The notes under the pieces are model-generated. The model ran no database searches, was not told the origin of the DNA, and saw nothing but the letters and a program-made list of their open reading frames with translations. Positions 49,201 through 55,376 of a stretch of 64,000 bases of DNA are shown piece after piece (the first letter of the stretch is position 1; every line of letters begins with the position of its first letter). Location of the stretch: positions 405,898 through 469,897 of the forward strand of contig CAZCYZ010000001.1 of NCBI GenBank assembly GCA_964503465.1. Direction: 5' to 3'. Position numbers and translations under genes: made by a program. The stretch is from an uncultured Gammaproteobacteria bacterium. Its GTDB lineage: Bacteria > Patescibacteriota > Microgenomatia > UBA12405.

Positions 49201-49680
49201 CTAGACCGCCCTCCAGGAAGTCAAGTAAAATTTTCAGCTGTCATCTCCCGCCTCAAAGTTATTCGTACCAAAAAAGACAACCAAAAAATGGCCTTTGTTA
49301 CTCTGGAAGACGAGACGGGTCAAATTGATGCCGTCGTCTTTCCCAAAACTTTCCAACAAACAGAGGAGTTCCTCTCCGAAAATAAGCCATTTTACCTCGA
49401 GGGACGCTTAACTGATCGCGATGATACCCTCTCTGTTTCCATTGAAACTATTAGCCAAGAAGCCCCGGACCAAACCAAAAAATATGACTTCATCATTCAG
49501 GTCCCACCTCAAACTTCTCAATCAACACTCATGACCTTAAATCAACTCCTTAAAAATCACCCCAATGGTCACCGTGGCCTGATAATTCTTCCTAACGGCA
49601 AAAACTTTCCTTTGACCTACGGTGTCGCCTACAACCCCAAACTCCAAGCCCAAATTGACACTCTCCTAAAAATAGAATAA
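46258..49680 (+). CDS. dnaE: DNA polymerase III alpha subunit
   Basis: PHP domain FVHLHLHTEYSLLDG. 1140 aa with polymerase core and OB fold. Upstream 7-mer tandem repeats TAATTCG x2 and TAATTGA x2. Confidence 0.9.
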   Translation: MIIDSMDFVHLHLHTEYSLLDGLTKIKPLIATVKDMGMKAVAITDHGNMYGAIEFYKACLKNDIKPIVGCEVYYSPLGHTDKSAASRRANHLVLLAKDYQGYQNLMRIVSLANLEGFYYKPRIDWDIIKQYHSGLICLSGCVEGEIAQLILDDHYQKAKTRAVEFQQLFDEDYYLEIQRHPGLKSNDQANIGIIKLSQELGIPLVATNDSHYLRKEDAFAQDIILMINTQTTVNDKKRLSMLDIPDFYVKSPQEMADLYPDLPQAINNTQKIAEKCNLEIEIGKWCFPQFKLPPKETADSYLTQLTNDRAKQHYGSISSEVRERLDHELDVIISKGYATYFLIMEDWISWAKNNDLVTNTRGSAAGSLVSFVLGITSVDPLIYQLPFERFLNKDRPSPPDIDLDVSDDKRLELLHHIVKQYGEKQVAQICTFGRMMARASVRDTARVLSYEYAIGDKISKLIPLGSQGFPMSINKALNTSPELKNLYDRDPDAKKILEHAKGIEGNARHISVHACAIVISPTNLNDYTPIQFEPGGDKIITQYEMHAIEDVGLIKFDILGIDNLSFLGQAVLNVKKNKTIDIDLRKIPLDDPRTFAMLSKGDTMGVFQLSGEGMTKWLKELKPNRIEDLMAMVALYRPGPMSIIPEYIARKNNPSQISYFDPKMEKWLKKSYGLLVYQDDCLYTAIEIAGYNWVEVDKFRKAIGKKIPEEMAAQKEKFIQGCVNNGYSQHKAEEIFKLIEPFTSYGFNKAHAASYGMLAYQTAYMKANFPVEYMCALLTGKADDLETIAAGVAECRRMKIIVSPPDINKSYKGFVTEANPDSLQNLAIRFGFDAIKNVGDVAIELILAERLANGPFKNFTDLCLRVDGQKVNKKVLESLIKVGALDSFGPRAALLAAIDKIRADCDRQNQRYLHGQFGLFEDATNPSPPPPLDNLPDVPEIPEKDKLTMEKELLGIYVSDNPINKMLESFKNLTLPKISQVLDRPPGSQVKFSAVISRLKVIRTKKDNQKMAFVTLEDETGQIDAVVFPKTFQQTEEFLSENKPFYLEGRLTDRDDTLSVSIETISQEAPDQTKKYDFIIQVPPQTSQSTLMTLNQLLKNHPNGHRGLIILPNGKNFPLTYGVAYNPKLQAQIDTLLKIE

Positions 49681-49696
49681 AATACCGATCATCTTT

Positions 49697-49996
49697 ATGG
49701 CTCTAAAATTTACTCACCAAGATAAGGAATTTCTGGTTGGCGATACTATCAAAGTCAACTACAAGTTCAAGGAAAAAGACAAAGAAAGAATCCAGGCTTT
49801 TGATGGCATAATTATAGCCATAAAGCATGGAAACTTTATCGTCCAAAAAAACGCCACCGACAATGTCCGGGTCGAAAGGATTTTTCCCATCACTTCACCC
49901 TGGATCGAATCAATCAAAAAAGTCCGTTCCCCTAAAGGCAAGATTCGTCGCAGCAAGCTTTATTACCTCCGTAATCCTAGGGTAAAAAAAATCTAA
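49697..49996 (+). CDS. rplS: 50S ribosomal protein L19
   Basis: GDTIKVNYKF...RIQAFDGIIIAIK...VERIFPITSPWIESIKV...RRSKLYYLR. Confidence 0.85.
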   Translation: MALKFTHQDKEFLVGDTIKVNYKFKEKDKERIQAFDGIIIAIKHGNFIVQKNATDNVRVERIFPITSPWIESIKKVRSPKGKIRRSKLYYLRNPRVKKI

Positions 49997-50018
49997 CCTA
50001 AGTTACTCAAAAATTACC

Positions 50019-50090
50019 GGGTCCTTAGCTCAGTGGTAGAGCAGCTGCCTTTTAAGCAGTTGGTCGCGAGTCCGATCCTCGCAGGGCCCA
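50019..50090 (+). tRNA. tRNA-Lys (anticodon TTT)
   Basis: Acceptor GGGTCCT/AGGGCCC, D-arm GCTC-AGTGGTA-GAGC, anticodon arm GCTGC-CTTTTAA-GCAGT, T-arm GCGAG-TCCGATC-CTCGC, discriminator A, then CC. Confidence 0.8.
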
Positions 50091-50093
50091 CCG

Positions 50094-50357
50094 ATGTCAG
50101 CCTGGGTATATATTCTCGAGTTAAATAATGGTAAGTTTTACATCGGTAGTACCTCAAACCTCAAAAGAAGAATCTTTGACCATAATCACGGTAAAAGTCC
50201 ATACACCAGCAAGTTTCTCCCGGCAAAATTAGTTTTCAAAAATAAATTCGCAGATCTCTCTATAGCCACAAAGCTTGAGCAAAAACTAAAAAGTTTTAAA
50301 AATCGGAAAATAATAACCAATATTATCAATTCGCAAACCTTGAAGATGAACTTGTAG
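50094..50357 (+). CDS. GIY-YIG nuclease domain protein (UPF0213-type, about 87 aa)
   Basis: VYILELNNGKFYIGSTSNLKRRIFDHNHGK GIY-YIG motif. ATG 3 nt after tRNA-Lys. Stop codon lies inside the duplicated tRNA segment. Confidence 0.7.
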   Translation: MSAWVYILELNNGKFYIGSTSNLKRRIFDHNHGKSPYTSKFLPAKLVFKNKFADLSIATKLEQKLKSFKNRKIITNIINSQTLKMNL

Positions 50358-50413
50358 AGCAGTCCCGACGTATGTCGGGATTGGTCGCGAGTCCGATCCT
50401 CGCAGGGCCCACC
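50354..50413 (+). repeat. Partial duplicate of tRNA-Lys (D-arm 9-mer, substitute hairpin, exact 3' half)
   Basis: gtagagcag, then hairpin tcccgac-gtat-gtcggga, then ttggtcgcgagtccgatcctcgcagggcccacc, which is identical to 50061-50092 of the intact tRNA. Confidence 0.75.
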
Positions 50414-50415
50414 AC

Positions 50416-51042
50416 GTGAACCTTTACGGCCTAATACTTGGCATCGCAATCACTATTGGCATTGAATACTTCAGCCATCACAACATCACCATCCCCAAAT
50501 CTCAAGAAAGCAAGTTTCTCCTAATCGGCATTATTCTTTCGGTAATTGGTGCCAGGACCTACCATGTTTTAGATTCCTGGCCTTATTACTCCCAAAACTT
50601 TCTTCAAATTTTTAATCTTCGAGGTGGGGGATTAGGTATCTATGGAGCTCTTATTTTTGGCCTGATATATATCTACTCTTACTCAAAAATACTTAAAATA
50701 AACTTTCTTGGGATCCTGGACACCCTCGCCCCAATCATTCCCCTCTGTCAGTCTGTTGGCCGCCTGGGAAATTTTGTTAACCACGAAATTCCCTATTGGT
50801 GGCTTGAATCAATTCTAAATCTCCTTCTTTTTCTCTACCTTCATTTTTTCCCCAAGCATTCCTTTACCAAATATCTTATCGGTTATGGTCTGATTCGCTT
50901 CGTATTTGAGTTCTTCCGTTCCGACACTTGGGCAATTGGTCATATCAAAATCGCCCAAATTATTAGTATAATTTTCATTGCTATCGGTATCTATTTTCTC
51001 CATGCTCAAACTAAAACAGCCACAAAACGCCCCTGTTATTGA
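50416..51042 (+). CDS. lgt: Prolipoprotein diacylglyceryl transferase
   Basis: CQSVGRLGNFVNHEIPY Lgt signature. Polytopic. GTG start 4 nt after the tRNA-like repeat. Confidence 0.7.
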   Translation: MNLYGLILGIAITIGIEYFSHHNITIPKSQESKFLLIGIILSVIGARTYHVLDSWPYYSQNFLQIFNLRGGGLGIYGALIFGLIYIYSYSKILKINFLGILDTLAPIIPLCQSVGRLGNFVNHEIPYWWLESILNLLLFLYLHFFPKHSFTKYLIGYGLIRFVFEFFRSDTWAIGHIKIAQIISIIFIAIGIYFLHAQTKTATKRPCY

Positions 51043-52798
51043 CACCATTATCTGGGTTTTTCGTCTAGTCCACTCTTTCAGTCCAATCCTCATCATCGCT
51101 GTCCTTGTCATTCAAGTGTTTGCCGTTACTATCCCCTTTGCCGAACAAAAATATCTTTCCCACCTTATTGACAGCCTAATTAACAGTCTTTCACAAAAGA
51201 CATCCACCTGGACTTCCGCCTTCACCATATTTTTCACTATCAGGATAATAAAAATAGTGTTTCTGCAAGTTCAACGTCTTTTGCAAAGAATCCTCGATTT
51301 TCGGGTTCAAAATGATCTTCGCAAGGTTTATCTTAATAAAACCTCAACCATCGACTACCAACAACTCGAAGACAAAGATGTCGCCAATCTTCTTTCCAAA
51401 GTCCAGGAAGAATATCAATGGCGCACTCGTCAAATTATCAACGATCTGTTTGAGGTTTTTGGTCAAATTATCAGTTTTACAACCGTTCTAATTCTTCTCA
51501 TTCCCCATTATTGGTTCCTCGCCCTATTGTTAATTGTTGGGGAAATCCCCGGACTCCTAATCGACAAAAAGTGGCAAAAAATCGACTGGGAAAATTTCAA
51601 CAAATACAACGAAAAAAACCGTCCTGCCTGGGACGTTCACTGGCAACTGTCAAACAAACGATTTATTGCCGAATTAAAAATCAACCAGGCTATTAATTGG
51701 CTTAAAAACAAATTCATCTCTGCCTTCGACGAATGGACCAATGTCCGAATCCAAAACCGAATCAATAAATTTGGACCCGACTTTGTCTCCTCTGTCTTTT
51801 CAATTCTTATCGGAGGGGTGTGCTTACTTTTTATTGTCAGAGATATCAACAACAACCTCCTTACCATTGGCATGTTCACCTTTTACTTCAATATCATCCG
51901 CAATACTGGCGACTATTTCGCTTCCATCCTCAACAGTTATGTTAGTCTCACTGAACAAGTACTTCATATCAACAACTTTCGCAAAATTATTGACCTCCCC
52001 GATATCATTAAAAACGGCAAAATTAAGACCGGTCTTAAAACAATCAATTCGATTGAGTTCAGAAACGTTAGCTTTAAATATCCTCACAGTCACAAGTTCG
52101 TCTTTAAGAATCTCAATTTGATCATCAAACCAGAAGAAGAAATCGCCCTAGTTGGTCAAAACGGTGCCGGTAAAACTACTCTCGTCAAGCTTCTCTGTCG
52201 CTTTTATGATCCTACCCGGGGCCACATACTCGTCAACGGCACCGACCTCCGTTTATACGACTTAGGCTACTGGTACCAATCTTTGTCTCTGTTAACTCAA
52301 GAATTCAATATTTATCAAAACCTAAACCTTCGAGAAAATGTTCAAATCGGCAACGTCAAAAAGGCTGACGACAAATCAATTATCTCCTCTCTTAAAAAAT
52401 CTGAGGCCTATGATTTTATAAAAATATACAAAAATGGCCTAGATACCCCCATGGGCCAACGTTATGGAGGGGAGGAACCCAGTTGGGGCCAATGGCAAAA
52501 AATAGCCATTGCTCGTACCTTCCACCGAGACGCCCAACTAATGATCCTCGATGAGCCAACCGCTTCAATCGATGCCGTTGCCGAAAGCAAAATCTTTGAC
52601 CGACTCTATAAACAAACCAGTCACAAAATCCTCATTATTATTTCCCACCGCTTCTCTACTGTTCGCAACGCCAAGCGAATCATCGTTATCGACAAGGGCC
52701 AAATAATAGAGCAGGGCAGTCACCAGGAACTTCTCCAACTTCAAGGCTTATATGCTAAATCCTTCAAACTTCAAGCCAAAGGATACCTTACCAGTTAA
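50978..52798 (+). CDS. ABC exporter, fused permease/ATPase (MsbA-like)
   Basis: Six-TM N-domain. Walker A GQNGAGKTT, Walker B ILDEPTASID, H-loop SHR. The signature motif is atypical (PSWGQ instead of LSGGQ). Start may be at the later ATG 51002. Confidence 0.75.
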   Translation: MLSVSIFSMLKLKQPQNAPVIDTIIWVFRLVHSFSPILIIAVLVIQVFAVTIPFAEQKYLSHLIDSLINSLSQKTSTWTSAFTIFFTIRIIKIVFLQVQRLLQRILDFRVQNDLRKVYLNKTSTIDYQQLEDKDVANLLSKVQEEYQWRTRQIINDLFEVFGQIISFTTVLILLIPHYWFLALLLIVGEIPGLLIDKKWQKIDWENFNKYNEKNRPAWDVHWQLSNKRFIAELKINQAINWLKNKFISAFDEWTNVRIQNRINKFGPDFVSSVFSILIGGVCLLFIVRDINNNLLTIGMFTFYFNIIRNTGDYFASILNSYVSLTEQVLHINNFRKIIDLPDIIKNGKIKTGLKTINSIEFRNVSFKYPHSHKFVFKNLNLIIKPEEEIALVGQNGAGKTTLVKLLCRFYDPTRGHILVNGTDLRLYDLGYWYQSLSLLTQEFNIYQNLNLRENVQIGNVKKADDKSIISSLKKSEAYDFIKIYKNGLDTPMGQRYGGEEPSWGQWQKIAIARTFHRDAQLMILDEPTASIDAVAESKIFDRLYKQTSHKILIIISHRFSTVRNAKRIIVIDKGQIIEQGSHQELLQLQGLYAKSFKLQAKGYLTS

Positions 52799-53438
52799 TT
52801 GGCTGGCCACCGCTAAAAATTAAATAGGCATTTGTTTGTGAAAACGGTTTTGACCCAAAAAATCCTCCAAAGGCTGACAACGGTGACGGGTGAGCTGATC
52901 TGACTACCATATGCTTTGACTCATCGATAACACTACCTTTTTTTTGGGCATAATTACCCCACAAAATAAACACCAGATTTTCCCTTTGATCATTAAGCAC
53001 CTTGACCACTGCATCAGTAAATTTTTCCCAACCTTTGTTTTGATGAGATCCAGGTTGGTGTGCCCGAACTGTCAAGGTTGAATTCAACAATAACACCCCT
53101 TGTTCTGGCCACCTATTAATATCACCCTCCACCCCCAAATCACTTTTAAGCTCCTTGTAGATATTCACCAGCGATGGTGGCGCCTCAACCCCCTGATCAA
53201 CCGCAAAACACAAACCATTGGCTTGACCATCACCGTGATACGGATCCTGCCCCAAAATTACTACTCTCACTTGAGCGAACGGAGTTCTTTCAAATGCTTG
53301 AAAAATAAACCGGGGTGGGGGATAGACCGTTACTTTTTTATATTCCAATTTCACAAACTCTGCCAACTCGACAAAATAATCCTCACTAAACTCCGCCGCC
53401 AACACTCTCTTCCACGACTCCTCAATCTTTACATCCAT
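52788..53438 (-). CDS. ung: Uracil-DNA glycosylase (family 1)
   Basis: GQDPYHGDGQANGL and HPSPLSAFGGFFGSKPF motifs. Confidence 0.85.
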   Translation of the reverse strand: MDVKIEESWKRVLAAEFSEDYFVELAEFVKLEYKKVTVYPPPRFIFQAFERTPFAQVRVVILGQDPYHGDGQANGLCFAVDQGVEAPPSLVNIYKELKSDLGVEGDINRWPEQGVLLLNSTLTVRAHQPGSHQNKGWEKFTDAVVKVLNDQRENLVFILWGNYAQKKGSVIDESKHMVVRSAHPSPLSAFGGFFGSKPFSQTNAYLIFSGGQPINW

Positions 53439-53463
53439 TCACCTATCTTATCATCACCACAAA

Positions 53464-53661
53464 TCAATGCCCTCGCCTTATAAAGCCATGTCCACCAGTT
53501 AATAATGGGGCACCAGACGATCCGTGTACTACTCTCCTATCTTTCTGACAATTACCAACATGAACGTCGGCACCATAGTGGCCATTTCCTCTTCTTACCA
53601 CTACCAATTCAGCTGGCCTTTGAACACTAACAATCTGTCTACAAATTTCACACCTTTTCAT
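53464..53661 (-). CDS. Small Cys-containing hypothetical protein (65 aa)
   Basis: ORF in the 270-nt gap between ung and the CDP-alcohol transferase. CxxC at the N-terminus. Gly/Arg/Val-rich. No family recognised, so it may not be coding. Confidence 0.25.
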   Translation of the reverse strand: MKRCEICRQIVSVQRPAELVVVRRGNGHYGADVHVGNCQKDRRVVHGSSGAPLLTGGHGFIRRGH

Positions 53662-53709
53662 TTTCTAATAAACATCTAACACACCAAATATACATTCATT
53701 ATACTCTTT

Positions 53710-54255
53710 TTATTCCCAAAAAGACACTCTTTCCACATCAACCGACTTGCCATACTTAACAAAAATAGCCACCTGCTCCATTGAAGCAATTATCCCAGCC
53801 AGTACCGACAAATACAAAATCCAATACACCGGTGGCCAAATCACTGACAAAAACAAATAAGTAGTATAAAGAACACCAAAGAGTTTGTTGGTATACAAAT
53901 GAAGAATTACTAGTCTCCCGGTAGTCAATAAACCCACAACCCAAGCCAACGCCAACGACCCAAAAGCCAAAAACCAATACAGTTCATAACCACGATAAAC
54001 CAACGGTTCAACAACAAAAAATGAAGCAAAACTCGACAAATCAAAAGCAATATCAGCATAAGAATCAAGCTTTGACCCCAACTCACTGGTGCAATTGTAC
54101 TTACGAGCAATCATTCCATCCAACACATCTGTTATTTTTCCTATTACCAGCAATACCAAAAACCAAACTCTCTGGTGCCAACAGGCAACCATCAGCAATG
54201 GTACCGATATCACCAGTCTGACAATACTCAAAAAGTTGGGTAAGTATTTAATCAT
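53710..54255 (-). CDS. CDP-alcohol phosphatidyltransferase
   Basis: DVLDGMIARKYNCTSELGSKLDSYADIAFD matches D-x2-DG-x2-AR-x8-G-x3-D-x3-D. ATG 7 nt after tRNA-Glu. Confidence 0.7.
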   Translation of the reverse strand: MIKYLPNFLSIVRLVISVPLLMVACWHQRVWFLVLLVIGKITDVLDGMIARKYNCTSELGSKLDSYADIAFDLSSFASFFVVEPLVYRGYELYWFLAFGSLALAWVVGLLTTGRLVILHLYTNKLFGVLYTTYLFLSVIWPPVYWILYLSVLAGIIASMEQVAIFVKYGKSVDVERVSFWE

Positions 54256-54262
54256 CAAACTG

Positions 54263-54336
54263 TGACCCCAGTGGGAGTCGAACCCACGATTACCTGGATG
54301 AAAGCCAGGTGTCCTAGGCCACTAGACGATGGGGCC
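54263..54336 (-). tRNA. tRNA-Glu (anticodon TTC)
   Basis: Reverse-complement. Acceptor GGCCCCA/TGGGGTC, anticodon arm CCTGG-CTTTCAT-CCAGG, T-arm GTGGG-TTCGACT-CCCAC. Confidence 0.8.
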
Positions 54337-54380
54337 AAATTGCCTGTTATTTTATCAAAACCAAGGGGTAAAATTAAGAA

Positions 54381-54977
54381 GTGATCTATATCTTCCACGG
54401 TGACGACACCAAAACCAGTCGTCAAAATCTCCTAAACCAGCTCCCTCAGGACAAAAATCAAGACCTACTCCATTTGGACGCCAAAAATATTAACCTCGAT
54501 CAACTAAATAACTTTCTCTGTGGTTCCAGCTTGCTCTATGACCAAAAAGCTCTTTGGATCGACAACTTTTTTTCCATCCCCAAGCCAGTTCTTGCCAAAA
54601 TCACTCCTCTTATTAATCAATCCACCATCAATACTTATCTCTGGCAAGATAAAACCGCTACTGCCGCCCAAATCAAAAACTTTCCTACTGCCAAAATCAT
54701 ATTTTCCCGTCCCGATAATATTATTTTCAAATGCCTTTACTCTATCAAACCAAAAAATATTAAAAACTGCCTTCCCCTCTATCGCCAAGTTATTAAACTC
54801 AATTACTACGATCTTTTTCTTTTTCTTCTCAAAAACCAGCTCCGTAAAAACCTCAACCCCGCTCTCGTTCCAGCCTACCGACAACTAATTGAACTCGACT
54901 TTAATAACAAAACAGGCAAGCTCAGTTTCCCCAAAGAAATTGCCTTGGAACAAATCATTATTAATTTGACGCAATAA
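54381..54977 (+). CDS. Possible DNA polymerase III delta subunit-like protein (short)
   Basis: N-terminus MIYIFHGDDTKTSRQNLLNQL resembles the HolA start. Only 198 aa, so the assignment is tentative. Confidence 0.35.
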   Translation: MIYIFHGDDTKTSRQNLLNQLPQDKNQDLLHLDAKNINLDQLNNFLCGSSLLYDQKALWIDNFFSIPKPVLAKITPLINQSTINTYLWQDKTATAAQIKNFPTAKIIFSRPDNIIFKCLYSIKPKNIKNCLPLYRQVIKLNYYDLFLFLLKNQLRKNLNPALVPAYRQLIELDFNNKTGKLSFPKEIALEQIIINLTQ

Positions 54978-54995
54978 CTCTGTTATTATCTTAAT

Positions 54996-55376
54996 ATGTA
55001 TCAGCTCGTTGCTAAGCCGTGGGGCGAAGAAATCATCATCACTGATGCCAGCCTGCCATACACCGGCAAAATTGCTCACACCAACGCCGGCCATCGATGG
55101 TCACTTCAATATCACGACCAAAAAATCGAAACAATCACTCTTACTTCTGGTCAAGCCAAACTCATTCTAAACGATCAAACTATCGACATGGTTGTCAATC
55201 ACGGCTACACCATTAAACCTATGGACAAACATCGCCTGATGGCCATTACCGATGCCACCACCATCGAAATATCCACTCCAGAAACCGGCACTACCTTCAG
55301 ACTCGAAGATGATTACCATCGACCAAACGAAACTCCAGAGATTAGAAGTTCACCCAATCGTGGCTGGCAACAATAA
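54996..55376 (+). CDS. Cupin domain protein (mannose-6-phosphate isomerase type II C-terminal-like)
   Basis: KPWGEE...H..H. cupin motif. 126 aa. Confidence 0.6.
   Translation: MYQLVAKPWGEEIIITDASLPYTGKIAHTNAGHRWSLQYHDQKIETITLTSGQAKLILNDQTIDMVVNHGYTIKPMDKHRLMAITDATTIEISTPETGTTFRLEDDYHRPNETPEIRSSPNRGWQQ

Noticed and set aside
50019-50415. Group I intron or split tRNA-Lys
   Set aside because: The upstream tRNA-Lys is uninterrupted and canonical, and the downstream element lacks a 5' acceptor strand. A duplication rather than an interrupted gene.
50405-50420. parS-like CACGTGAA core
   Set aside because: Only about 9 of 16 positions match the parS consensus. Lies within the tRNA-like repeat and the lgt start.
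53100-53483. 127-aa plus-strand ORF antisense to ung
   Set aside because: Lies entirely within or against the well-supported ung gene. No motif.
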